Shown in pieces: positions 7,520-16,534 of a stretch of DNA of 32,000 bases. The stretch is from NCBI GenBank assembly GCA_965230905.1, contig OZ246396.1, forward strand, positions 1,230,001-1,262,000. Direction: 5' to 3'. The notes under the pieces were generated by a model. That model saw only the letters and a program-made list of their open reading frames with translations, was not told where the DNA came from and made no database searches. Positions within the stretch are counted from its first letter, which is position 1. Every line of letters begins with the position of its first letter. A program made the translations under genes and the position numbers. Source of the DNA: Candidatus Saccharimonadota bacterium (lineage in GTDB: Bacteria; Patescibacteriota; Gracilibacteria; UBA1369; 2-02-FULL-48-14).

Positions 7520-8482
7520 CTATTTCCTAAGCAGCAACAAAACCAAGCCGACCATTCGGTCTTTTTCTTTTGCGGGACTTTCGGCAATCAAGAGGGTAAG
7601 CGTGGTTAAGGTCTCTGGAGTGAGCTGCAAGGGATTCAGTAGCCCTGATTTTTGTAAGTACCAAATAAAAGCAAAAGCCCCTGAGCGTTTATTGCCATCT
7701 GTGAACGGATGATCCTTTACCATAAAATAGAGCAGATGAGCCGCTTTTTCTTCCACGGTTGGATAAAGGTCTTCACCGGCAAAAGACTGCAGAACATTTC
7801 CGACTATCCCCTGAAGACCGTGACGAGATCGTTCGTTGGCAAAGAGTTCGGTTGCATCTTTTTTTGACAAAAGGTCTTTTCGGAGAATATGAATTGCCTC
7901 CGCGAGTTCTTCTGCCGTAAATAGAACTTCCTCTTTTGAAAATCCTGATTTTGGCAGCTTGGCTGAATCATAAGCTTCCAGAGAAAGCCAGGTTTTTGCA
8001 AAAATAGTCACCAGATTTAATACACTTTTCATATCTACAACTTGATCCGCCGGAAGCAGTGTTTTCACGTCGTTCACTGCTTTTAGGAACTGGTCTAAGT
8101 TTTGAGCGACGCGCTTTTTATTAATCGTATAACCCTGAGTGATATGTTCGCGCAGGGTTTTTGTAGCCCATTGGCGAAAGGCAATGGCTTTTGATGAATT
8201 TGTACGATAGCCAACCGCAAGAATAACGTCCAACGAATAGAAAGTTACAGGTCTATCTGCGTTTGCAATATGCATTTTTTGCATATTGCTTTTTGGATCG
8301 ACTTCATCGTCACGAAAGACATTACTGATATGACGAGAGACTACAGACTGGTCTACTTCAAAAATCTCTATAATTTGCGCCTGCGTCGCCCATATCGTTT
8401 CTTTCTTAAAATCTCCTTTTAGGTCGATGCCACCCGTTTTGGACTGGTAAACGATTACTGAATTTTTAGCCATTTTTTTCAT
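7520..8482 (-). CDS. RhuM-family N-terminal domain fused to a Fic/Doc domain (Doc-type motif)
   Basis: The N-terminus matches RhuM proteins (VIVYQSKTGGIDL...TIWATQAQIIEIF...YSLDVILAVGYRTNSSKAIAFRQWATKTLREHI). The C-terminus carries HPFTDGNKR, i.e. the Doc-type HxFx(D/N)(A/G)NKR variant of the Fic motif. Confidence 0.85.
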   Translation of the reverse strand: MKKMAKNSVIVYQSKTGGIDLKGDFKKETIWATQAQIIEIFEVDQSVVSRHISNVFRDDEVDPKSNMQKMHIANADRPVTFYSLDVILAVGYRTNSSKAIAFRQWATKTLREHITQGYTINKKRVAQNLDQFLKAVNDVKTLLPADQVVDMKSVLNLVTIFAKTWLSLEAYDSAKLPKSGFSKEEVLFTAEELAEAIHILRKDLLSKKDATELFANERSRHGLQGIVGNVLQSFAGEDLYPTVEEKAAHLLYFMVKDHPFTDGNKRSGAFAFIWYLQKSGLLNPLQLTPETLTTLTLLIAESPAKEKDRMVGLVLLLLRK

Positions 8483-8644
8483 ACCGTCATGCTGGCATGA
8501 GCGATATGCTTTTGCAAGAAATTACTGTCGTCAGTGTTGGATGACAAGCACGGGCAAGAAGACGCTCACTGCGTTCGCTAAACGGTCGTTTTACTCCCTT
8601 TCGAACCTCGTCCTTCGGAAGGTCCTCTCTTGCTCTGCTACGCA

Positions 8645-8672
8645 GATACAAATAAACACCGCCCAAGGGCGG
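8645..8672 (-). terminator. Hairpin plus U-rich tract downstream of tRNA-Arg
   Basis: The minus strand reads CCGCCC-tt-GGGCGG followed by tgtttatttgtatc. Confidence 0.5.
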
Positions 8673-8684
8673 ACTTTATTTGTA

Positions 8685-8760
8685 TGGTGTCCCGGGCAAG
8701 AATCGAACCTGCGACCGTCAGCTTAGAAGGCTGCTGCTCTATCCACTGAGCTACCGGGAC
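8685..8760 (-). tRNA. tRNA-Arg (anticodon TCT)
   Basis: Hand-folded, 76 nt. Acceptor stem is gtcccgg/ccgggac, D arm gctc-agtggata-gagc, anticodon loop cTTCTaa, T arm gcagg-ttcgatt-cttgc. Discriminator is A and CCA is encoded. Confidence 0.9.
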
Positions 8761-9485
8761 ATAAAAACGTCTATCATTTCAGGATGGAAGTATAAGTACA
8801 CATCCAAGCTGAAAGCAATGGTGTTGTTCAAACTGTGGAACGCCACCGAGCTCCAAACCGAGCCGGTGCGATGATAGACGTAGTTGAGGATGAGGCCCAG
8901 GAAAAAGAGCGGAAGGAAGACCTGCAGCTGGAAGTGAATTAAGGCGAAGAGCGAAGCGGTGAGCACGCTGGCAAGCCAAACCGGCCAGGTTTTTGTGAAG
9001 GTTCGGTAAATAAATCCGCGGAAAAAGAGTTCTTCCAAAAAGGGCGCCAGCACGCAGATGATGAGGAAGGCGCTGGTGAGGCCAAGGGCGTCGTAACCAA
9101 ACATCTCCAAATAAGATTCTTGTTCTTCATAACCCGGCAAAGTCAGGCCCGTGTACTCTAGGGCGGTGACCAGGCCAATGGAAACAATCCAGTAAAATCC
9201 ATAGGCCAAAAGCACGGTTTTAATGAGCAGCCAGGGGCGCACTTTTACGAAGCCGAAATCGGCGAGACCCAGGTTGTATTTATCCACCACAAAGACCCAA
9301 AGCGAGAAAAAGAGCACTAGGAATTGGATGAGATACTGAACTAAAAAAGCCACCGTTGGATGAAAGCCCGCGAGGACGTCGGTGGCATGAGGAACGAAGG
9401 TAAAAATGGTGGCGAAGCCGATGAAAAGACCAATGCTGAGTGCAAAAACTTTTAGAAAATCCTGAAGCTTGAAGGGAGGTTCCAA
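8751..9485 (-). CDS. CPBP family intramembrane glutamic endopeptidase (CAAX protease/Abi-like)
   Basis: Polytopic membrane protein with APFLEELFFRGFIY, FALIHF and AFHSLNN motifs. The apparent start is TTG at 9485, with no in-frame ATG nearby. The stop codon lies inside the tRNA-Arg gene. Confidence 0.8.
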   Translation of the reverse strand: MEPPFKLQDFLKVFALSIGLFIGFATIFTFVPHATDVLAGFHPTVAFLVQYLIQFLVLFFSLWVFVVDKYNLGLADFGFVKVRPWLLIKTVLLAYGFYWIVSIGLVTALEYTGLTLPGYEEQESYLEMFGYDALGLTSAFLIICVLAPFLEELFFRGFIYRTFTKTWPVWLASVLTASLFALIHFQLQVFLPLFFLGLILNYVYHRTGSVWSSVAFHSLNNTIAFSLDVYLYFHPEMIDVFMSR

Positions 9486-9527
9486 GGCGCGGTGGGCGAT
9501 TAATGGGTGTGGTCCGCTTAGGCTCGC

Positions 9528-9555
9528 ATTATACGAAAGTTTTTGTTAGATTGAA
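9528..9555 (-). promoter_or_regulatory. Candidate promoter for the CPBP/tRNA-Arg unit
   Basis: The minus strand reads TTCAAT (9550-9555), a 16-nt spacer, then TATAAT (9528-9533), about 40 nt upstream of the TTG start. Confidence 0.4.
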
Positions 9556-9578
9556 AGCCAACCCTTTAGGCCCGCCTG

Positions 9579-10619
9579 ATGATCCAAAAGAATCCCCCGC
9601 TGCACGAAGAAGAGGAACTCCGTCCGCTCCAACCGCAAATAGTGGCGGATGAAGTTCAAACGGAAAATGTTCTGCGCCCACAGGCTTTGGCGGAATACAT
9701 TGGTCAGGAAGAAATCAAACGCAACTTGGCGGTGTTTTTGCCGGCCGCGCGCAAGCGTAAGGAAGCCATGGAACACATTTTGCTCCACGGTTGCCCGGGG
9801 CTCGGGAAAACGACTTTGGCTTTTATTTTGGCCAAGGAAATGAATGCCCAAATCCGCACCACGAGCGGTCCGGCCATTGAACGGCCCGGTGACTTGGCGG
9901 CGCTGCTCACCAACTTGCAAGCCAACGACGTGCTCTTTATTGATGAGATCCACCGGCTCAAGCCGGCCGTGGAAGAAATTCTGTACAGCGCCATGGAAGA
10001 TTTTTGCCTCGACCTCGTGGTGGGCAAAGGCCCTTCCGCCCGCAGCATGCGCATCAGCCTGCCGAAATTTACACTCATTGGGGCGACGACCAAGCTTTCC
10101 TCTCTCTCCTCCCCGCTGCGCGACCGTTTTGGGAATGTTTTGAAATTGGAATTTTATGAGGAAGCCGACATTGAAAAAATTCTTCAACGCAGCTCCAAAA
10201 TTTTGGGCGTGAACGTGGCCAGTGCCGCCGCCAAAAAACTGGCGGCCAGTGCCCGCCGCACGCCGCGTGTAGCCAATCGTTTACTGCGCCGTGTGCGCGA
10301 CTTCGCTCACGTGCAAGATAAAGATTTTGTGGACGAGGAAATGGTGGGCCAAACACTCGAGCTGCTCGGCATCGACGCGCTGGGGCTCGACTCCACCGAT
10401 CGCAAACTTTTAATGACCCTCGCGGAGAAATTTAAGGGCGGTCCCGTGGGGCTTTCTACGCTGTCTGCAGCCACCAACGAAGAGGAGGAAACCATCGAAG
10501 AAATTTACGAGCCTTTCTTGATGCAATTGGGCTTTTTAGAACGCACTCCGAGGGGTAGACTTCTAACCGAAAAAGTCTATACTTATTTCGGCATGAGCCA
10601 AACTAACCAATCTGTATGA
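9579..10619 (+). CDS. ruvB: Holliday junction branch migration helicase RuvB
   Basis: LRPQALAEYIGQEEIKRNL, Walker A GCPGLGKTTLA, Walker B LFIDEIHRL, and the RTPRVANRLLRRVRD sensor region. Confidence 0.95.
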   Translation: MIQKNPPLHEEEELRPLQPQIVADEVQTENVLRPQALAEYIGQEEIKRNLAVFLPAARKRKEAMEHILLHGCPGLGKTTLAFILAKEMNAQIRTTSGPAIERPGDLAALLTNLQANDVLFIDEIHRLKPAVEEILYSAMEDFCLDLVVGKGPSARSMRISLPKFTLIGATTKLSSLSSPLRDRFGNVLKLEFYEEADIEKILQRSSKILGVNVASAAAKKLAASARRTPRVANRLLRRVRDFAHVQDKDFVDEEMVGQTLELLGIDALGLDSTDRKLLMTLAEKFKGGPVGLSTLSAATNEEEETIEEIYEPFLMQLGFLERTPRGRLLTEKVYTYFGMSQTNQSV

Positions 10620-11899
10620 TATTCAACTCAATCTTAAGGAACAAAGTTGCTGTTCTGACTCTTCTTTGTGCGAGCCTGGCCTTCACGGCTTGTGGCAGCG
10701 AAGAACTCAGTGAAGCCCTCACCCGCGAATCCAACACCTACACCGGCGAATTCAAATCGCTCGGTGGTGTGGAGGTGCAGGAAACCATCACGCATTTATT
10801 TGAAACCGACGACGGTGACATTCTTTACGCCTATTCCGAACGTTACGATTTGGACAATGAAGATTATTTCGGCACCCGTGTGGAGGCCTATGGAGCCGTG
10901 ACCACGCACGACAATTTGGATAAACCTTTGTTCGAAGTAAAGCGCATCACCGATGCTCCCGAAGAAGAGGAGGAAACCGAAGCAGTGACCCAAGTGGATT
11001 ATCAGGATCCTGATCTCGGTTTTTCCATGACTTACGCCAGCAATTGGGAGCTCACCACCACGCCCACTTCCGTGATCTTGGAAGCTCCATTAGTAATGGA
11101 AGCGAGCGAGGAAGCCGTTGAAGAACAGGAACAAGCTGGGCTCCGCCCAGTGGACAGCATAGTGCTGGCCGTGACCGATGCGGTTCTCAGCAAAACCAGC
11201 GAAGACACTCAAGAAGATAGGGCTCTCGAAATCCGCACTTACGCGACGAGCGAATACAGTACTTTACTCGGGATCACCAGTGAACTCACGTATGTGGGAA
11301 CCGACCGACTGTTCAGCGTTCGCTATAAGACCGGTGACGGAGACACTTTCTACTTCATTCCCCGTGGCGAAGAACTCTTTGAACTCAGCTACCACCATGA
11401 AGAGGAATCCGACAGTGCTCGTTTAGAGAACAGCAACACTTTTGCCACCTTGGCCAACGGTTTCCGTTTCACTCCTGTGGGTGAAGGAGCAGGCGCCGTG
11501 GAAGAGCCTAGCGAGGCTGAGGAGCCCGCAGCACCCGCTGAACCTGAGGAGGTAGAAGAAATCAGCACTCCCACTGGTGAACAAGTGAGTTTTAAAAGCT
11601 ACCGTGAACTGGAGAGCAAGCCCTATGAATTCAAAATGTCTTACCCAGGAGCTTGGTACTACAACGGAACCAGCGCCGGCTACAATTTTGGCGACAGCCC
11701 TGAAAACGTAGAAGGGGCCGAACCCATCATTCAAATGCTCTACAACCAATCCACTGCGGAAGGCCTTAAGACTTCTGGAACGGAGGTGAGTGTAACCGTT
11801 GAAGCAGAAGGCCGTTATTACACTTTAACGGGACCTGCTGAATACCAAAGCGCCATGGAGGAAATGGCCGAGTCCATCAGCTCCACAAAGACCGAGTAA
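10616..11899 (+). CDS. Acidic lipoprotein, hypothetical (two related modules)
   Basis: Lipobox LAFTAC after a signal peptide. The ATGA overlap with the ruvB stop implies translational coupling. Two modules share F-x-M-x-Y-x-x-x-W (GFSMTYASNWEL and YEFKMSYPGAWYY). An E/P/A-rich linker separates them. Confidence 0.65.
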   Translation: MIFNSILRNKVAVLTLLCASLAFTACGSEELSEALTRESNTYTGEFKSLGGVEVQETITHLFETDDGDILYAYSERYDLDNEDYFGTRVEAYGAVTTHDNLDKPLFEVKRITDAPEEEEETEAVTQVDYQDPDLGFSMTYASNWELTTTPTSVILEAPLVMEASEEAVEEQEQAGLRPVDSIVLAVTDAVLSKTSEDTQEDRALEIRTYATSEYSTLLGITSELTYVGTDRLFSVRYKTGDGDTFYFIPRGEELFELSYHHEEESDSARLENSNTFATLANGFRFTPVGEGAGAVEEPSEAEEPAAPAEPEEVEEISTPTGEQVSFKSYRELESKPYEFKMSYPGAWYYNGTSAGYNFGDSPENVEGAEPIIQMLYNQSTAEGLKTSGTEVSVTVEAEGRYYTLTGPAEYQSAMEEMAESISSTKTE

Positions 11900-11995
11900 T
11901 ACCACACCGCTTTTCTACGTTTAAGCAAAGCAGAAAAGGTGAAAAAATCGTCAAAATTTGCTATCCTATAATGAATTCTTAATCTCATAAGAACT

Positions 11996-14641
11996 ATGTC
12001 GAACTCCGATCAATTCAATAAATTCACGAAAGAAGCTAAGCAGGCTCTGATTGTTGCGCAGGAGGTAGCCAAAAAAACGGGCACCAGCTACGTGGGAACC
12101 GAGCACATCCTTATTGGGATTCTGTCTCAGCGCAATTCCCTGGGCTCCACCATTTTGCAAAACTTTGGGGTGACGCTGGAAAACGTGAACCTTGTATTGA
12201 AGACCGTGGGACGCACTCAAATGTCTCAACGGGGAGCCAAAAATCCGGGCGGCCTTTCCGGTTTTGCTAAAAAAGTGATCGAAGACGCGATTCGCAGTGC
12301 TCACGAGTTCACTCACATGTTTGTGGGGACCGAGCACCTTTTATACGCACTCGTGGTTCAAGAAAATACCGCCGCAACCGTGATTTTGGAAAACATGAAG
12401 ATTTCTCCTGAAGACATTCGTCAAGAAATCATGCAGACCTTTGAACGCATGAAAACCAACCCCAGCATGCCTCAAAATGGCGGCGCTGCCGGCTCCGCTC
12501 CGCTTCCTGGGAATGTAAATCCGCTGGAATTCTTCCTCAACGGTCTCCAAGGCGTGCTCGCTGGGCAAGAACCTAAGGAAACCGGTTTTGATGCCAAGAA
12601 AAAAGACGGCAAGAGCGGAACCCCTGCCCTGGACTATTTCACAACAGATTTGGTGCAAGAAGCCACCGACAAAAAACTCGACCCCGTGATTGGGCGTGAT
12701 AAGGAAATCGAACGATGTATTGCGATTTTGCTGCGAAAAACCAAGAACAATCCGGTGCTGATTGGAGAGCCTGGGGTGGGTAAAACCGCCGTGGTAGAAG
12801 GCCTCGCTCTGCGCATTGTGCAGGAGAAAGTGCCCGACTCTATGCTGGACAAACGCATCCTCAGCCTTTCTATGGCGAGTGTGGTTGCCGGAACCAAGTA
12901 CCGTGGGGAATTTGAAGAACGTATTAAGACGATTTTGGAGGAAGCCGCGAGCCAACCGAACGTGATTTTGTTCATCGACGAACTCCACACCGTGATTGGT
13001 GCCGGAAGCGCTGAGGGAAGCCTCGACGCCGCCAATATTTTGAAGCCAGCCCTCTCACGAGGAAAGGTTCAAGTAGTGGGCGCAACGACCACCAACGAGT
13101 ATCGCAAACACATTGAGGAAGATGCGGCGCTCGAACGTCGTTTCCAATCGGTGATGGTGGATGAACCTAGTGAGGAAGATGCACTGCTCATTCTGAAGGG
13201 TATTAAAGAAAGCTTCGAAAATCACCACAACCTCATTATCCACGACGATGCACTTGAGGCGGCGGTTAAACTTTCCAAGCGTTACGTGAACGACCGCTTT
13301 TTGCCCGATAAAGCCATCGATGTGATGGACGAAGCCGCCGCCCTCAAAGGAATGGTGAGCAAACAAGAAAGCGATGTGCTCAAAGAGTACCAACGTCAAA
13401 TCAAACGAATCACTAAGGAAAAGGAAAAGGCGGTGACCGATCAGGATTATGAAAAAGCCGCAGACCTTCGCCAGCAAGAGCTCATCCTCCTCGAAAAAAT
13501 TGAGGAAGAAAAACACATCAAGATTCCCCGTGAAATGCGCGGAAGCATTGATGGTGAAGACGTGGCTCGCGTGATTTCCCGCATGACCGGCGTGCCTGTG
13601 ACCAAACTCGTGAAAGAGGATATGGATAAGCTTAAGAGCCTGGAAGACACGCTCAAACAAAATGTGGTGGGTCAGGAAGAAGCACTCAAAAAAGTGGCCA
13701 TCGCCATCCGCCGCAGCCGAACGGGAATTTCCAGCAGCAAGCGCCCTATCGCGTCCTTTATCTTCCTTGGGCCTACCGGGGTTGGTAAAACTGAACTCGT
13801 AAAAACCCTCGCCCGCGAGATTTATCACGATGAAGACGCGCTGATTAAAATCGACATGTCTGAATTCATGGAACGTCACAACACTTCACGGCTCACGGGT
13901 ACCACCGCGGGTTACGTGGGGTATGAAGAAGGCGGACAGCTCACCGAAAAGGTGCGTCGCAAGCCTTACAGCGTGATCCTGTTCGATGAAATTGAAAAAG
14001 CTCACCCCGATGTGTTCAACATCCTCCTCCAAATTTTGGAAGATGGAGTGCTCACCGACGGAAAGGGCCGCAAAGTGGACTTCACCAACTCCATCATCAT
14101 CATGACCTCCAACATTGGAGCGCGCAAACTCACCGAGGGGGCTGCGCCGATTGGATTCAAACTCAATTCCAGCGAACTCGATGCCGCTTTGCAAACCTTT
14201 GAACATAAAAAGGAAGAAGTGCTCAAGGATTTGAAGGATCACTTCAAACCGGAGTTCCTCAACCGTGTGGACAACATTGTGGTTTTCCGACCGCTGACTC
14301 ACGAAAACATCAAACAAATCGTGGAAATCCATGTGCGCGACCTTCAAAAGCATATTAAGGATAAGGGCATTGTGCTCGAACTCACGCCTGAAGCGCTCGA
14401 CCTTTTGGCCACACTCAGCACGGATCCTGATTACGGAGCTCGTCCGGTTCGCCGAAAGGTGCAAGAACTCATTGAAGATCCGCTTTCTCAAGGCTTCCTC
14501 GATGAGGAATTTGCCGAGGGCGACACGGTTCAAATCATCAAAGGGGTGACTACCATTGAGCTCAAGAAAAAGGCGCCACGTGCTAAGGCTGGTCTTAAAA
14601 AGAAGGCTAGCGAAGCAAAAGAGGTAAAGGAGCTGAACTAA
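11996..14641 (+). CDS. clpC: ClpC-type AAA+ unfoldase (Clp protease ATP-binding subunit)
   Basis: Double Clp_N repeat. Walker A motifs are GEPGVGKTA and GPTGVGKTE. The short middle domain has a UVR-like DYEKAADLRQQE. A PIGF loop matches the ClpP-docking IGF motif. The C-terminal tail is Lys-rich. Confidence 0.9.
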   Translation: MSNSDQFNKFTKEAKQALIVAQEVAKKTGTSYVGTEHILIGILSQRNSLGSTILQNFGVTLENVNLVLKTVGRTQMSQRGAKNPGGLSGFAKKVIEDAIRSAHEFTHMFVGTEHLLYALVVQENTAATVILENMKISPEDIRQEIMQTFERMKTNPSMPQNGGAAGSAPLPGNVNPLEFFLNGLQGVLAGQEPKETGFDAKKKDGKSGTPALDYFTTDLVQEATDKKLDPVIGRDKEIERCIAILLRKTKNNPVLIGEPGVGKTAVVEGLALRIVQEKVPDSMLDKRILSLSMASVVAGTKYRGEFEERIKTILEEAASQPNVILFIDELHTVIGAGSAEGSLDAANILKPALSRGKVQVVGATTTNEYRKHIEEDAALERRFQSVMVDEPSEEDALLILKGIKESFENHHNLIIHDDALEAAVKLSKRYVNDRFLPDKAIDVMDEAAALKGMVSKQESDVLKEYQRQIKRITKEKEKAVTDQDYEKAADLRQQELILLEKIEEEKHIKIPREMRGSIDGEDVARVISRMTGVPVTKLVKEDMDKLKSLEDTLKQNVVGQEEALKKVAIAIRRSRTGISSSKRPIASFIFLGPTGVGKTELVKTLAREIYHDEDALIKIDMSEFMERHNTSRLTGTTAGYVGYEEGGQLTEKVRRKPYSVILFDEIEKAHPDVFNILLQILEDGVLTDGKGRKVDFTNSIIIMTSNIGARKLTEGAAPIGFKLNSSELDAALQTFEHKKEEVLKDLKDHFKPEFLNRVDNIVVFRPLTHENIKQIVEIHVRDLQKHIKDKGIVLELTPEALDLLATLSTDPDYGARPVRRKVQELIEDPLSQGFLDEEFAEGDTVQIIKGVTTIELKKKAPRAKAGLKKKASEAKEVKELN

Positions 14642-14764
14642 TCAGCTTTACAGCAGAGTAATAAGCCATTAGAATCGGCTGGCTTTGCTAAATTCAGTAT
14701 CAAGTCATAAGGTTGCTGAATCGTAAGGCTCTATATAAATAATTCAACCTTATGCATAAGACTT

Positions 14765-15970
14765 ATGTCTGTACAAACAACCGTGGTCCCTATGGACCAA
14801 CTCATGCAGGACTCCCCTGCTTTCACTCTTCCTGAACCTGGTGCGATGGTTACGGGAACCGTGGTTTCTATTGAAAAAAATTGCATCATCATCGATATGG
14901 GTGGTGTTTTAACCGGTATGATCTCCGGACGTGAAATCAAAGATTCCATGGGAACTTTGGCGGATCTGAAGATTGGAGATGAAGTGGCTTCTTGTGTACT
15001 TGAACCTGAAAACGAAGATGGACTCGTGGTACTGTCTCTCCGACGTGCCAGCCAAGATAAGACTTGGGATAAATTTGTTAAAGCCTACGAAAACAACACG
15101 ACTCTTAAGGTTCGTCCTAAAGAAGCGAATAAAGGAGGACTCCTCCTGGATGTGGACGGAATCAAAGGATTTATTCCCGTTTCACAATTGGCTCCTCTGC
15201 ACTACCCTCGTGTGAACGGTGCGGACAGCGCAAAAATCCTTTCTCGTCTGCAAGACTTGATCGGTATCGAATTCAGCGTGAAGATCATCAGCCTCGACAA
15301 AGAAAACGGAAAACTCATTCTTTCTGAACGAAGCGCCTACGAACGTGAACGAAGCGACGCACTTTCTGGTCTTAAGGCTGGAGACACCGTTTCTGGAACC
15401 GTTAGCGGTATCGTTAAGTTCGGTATCTTCGTGGCCTTCGACGGCTTGGAAGGTCTCGTACACATCTCTGAAATCGCTTGGGGACACGTTTCTGATGCTC
15501 ACGACTTCGCTCGCCTCGGCGACCGTGTGGAAGTGAAGATTATTGGAATCGATGGAGACAAGATTTCTCTATCTATGAAGCAGCTCACTAAAGATCCATG
15601 GGAAGAAATCGAGAAGAAATATAAGGTTGGAACCAAGATCAAGACTAAGATCAGCCGACTCGCTCAATTTGGAGCCTTCGTACAACTTTCTGATGACATC
15701 ACCGGACTCATCCACAATTCTGAAATCGCTGGGAATCCAGAAGATCCTGCTAAGGTTCTCGAGGTTGGCCAGGCCGTGGAAGCTCGTGTGATCGAAATCA
15801 ACAAGGACGAAAAACGTATCGGTCTCTCTCTGCTCGCAGAAGGAGAATCCGCTGCTGAAAAGAAAGCGGCTAAGAAGGAAGTGAAAGAAGAAGCTAGCGA
15901 TGAGGAAACCGAGAAGAAGCCTAAGAAAGCTAAGGCTAAGAAGGAAGAAGGAGAAGAAGCTGCGGCGTAG
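14765..15970 (+). CDS. rpsA: 30S ribosomal protein S1 (four S1 domains) with K/E-rich tail
   Basis: Repeated S1 OB-fold segments (GTVVSIEKNCIIIDMG, LKVRPKEANKGGLLLDVDGIKGFIP, GTVSGIVKFGIFVAF..EGLVHISE, TKISRLAQFGAFVQL..ITGLIHNSE). Confidence 0.9.
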   Translation: MSVQTTVVPMDQLMQDSPAFTLPEPGAMVTGTVVSIEKNCIIIDMGGVLTGMISGREIKDSMGTLADLKIGDEVASCVLEPENEDGLVVLSLRRASQDKTWDKFVKAYENNTTLKVRPKEANKGGLLLDVDGIKGFIPVSQLAPLHYPRVNGADSAKILSRLQDLIGIEFSVKIISLDKENGKLILSERSAYERERSDALSGLKAGDTVSGTVSGIVKFGIFVAFDGLEGLVHISEIAWGHVSDAHDFARLGDRVEVKIIGIDGDKISLSMKQLTKDPWEEIEKKYKVGTKIKTKISRLAQFGAFVQLSDDITGLIHNSEIAGNPEDPAKVLEVGQAVEARVIEINKDEKRIGLSLLAEGESAAEKKAAKKEVKEEASDEETEKKPKKAKAKKEEGEEAAA

Positions 15971-15984
15971 TTAGAAAAGAGGAA

Positions 15985-16013
15985 AAGACCTTGCTTCGGC
16001 AGGGTCTTTTTTG
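15985..16013 (+). terminator. Rho-independent terminator after rpsA
   Basis: aagaccttgc-ttcg-gcagggtctt followed by ttttttg. Confidence 0.8.
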
Positions 16014-16102
16014 TTGATTTATTTCTGAAATTTAGTAAACTTGTGCATGAAAGAGTCACTCGGCCGTGGTTTATATACCACACTTAGCGGAGGACTTTTT
16101 CT

Positions 16103-16366
16103 TTATTGCTCAGGAAAAACTGATATCAAATGTTTTTGCCCTGTGTTTTTATTTTCCTTCACCTGGACGTAAAAAATTTCGCTATCCTTGGTTATTCCAG
16201 TGAACCGATGTAAAATCTCGCCCTTTTTATTTGGATTTTCTTTAGACTTTGGTTCAAGTCTAGTTCTCTCCAATAGCTCTATGGCAGCAGTAAAATACTT
16301 CAACCTTCTAACCTCTCGAAGATCTGAGCCTGGAATCGTTTTTGCTTTCGTTTTATAAGCACGCAT
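16103..16366 (-). CDS. Hypothetical 87-aa basic protein (one predicted helix followed by strand-like segments)
   Basis: ORF MRAYKTKAKTIPGSDLREVRRLKYFTAAIELLERTRL...EIFYVQVKENKNTGQKHLISVFPEQ. No motif I can assign. It sits in a lower-GC stretch. Confidence 0.5.
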   Translation of the reverse strand: MRAYKTKAKTIPGSDLREVRRLKYFTAAIELLERTRLEPKSKENPNKKGEILHRFTGITKDSEIFYVQVKENKNTGQKHLISVFPEQ

Positions 16367-16455
16367 AAAAGAACACTAGCAGGATTTTTCTGACAGATTC
16401 CTGAATTCGCTACAAAAGTAGATCAGAGTTTTGCACAAAAAAGCTCAAATACAAT

Positions 16456-16482
16456 AAAACCCTAGTTTTACCTAGGGCTTTT
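16456..16482. terminator. Orphan intrinsic-terminator-like hairpin
   Basis: aaaa-ccctag-ttttac-ctaggg-ctttt. The minus strand has uuuuauuguauuu after the stem and the plus strand has cuuuuguug. No plus-strand gene lies upstream of it. Confidence 0.55.
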
Positions 16483-16534
16483 GTTGTGAATTTCATTGAT
16501 TTGGCGTCTTGGGTGAGCGTATGCTTACCGATGA

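Noticed and set aside
8580-8640. tRNA-like fragment (minus strand contains ggttcgaa) between the Fic gene and tRNA-Arg
   Set aside because: No T-stem, acceptor stem or anticodon arm can be folded around it. Similarity to the neighbouring tRNA 3' half is too weak to call a pseudo-tRNA or att site.
14573-14588. gcgccacgtgctaagg inside clpC, which resembles part of the conserved tsaE/csaB leader motif
   Set aside because: Only a short partial match deep inside a coding region. Both hairpins are absent, so it is most likely chance.
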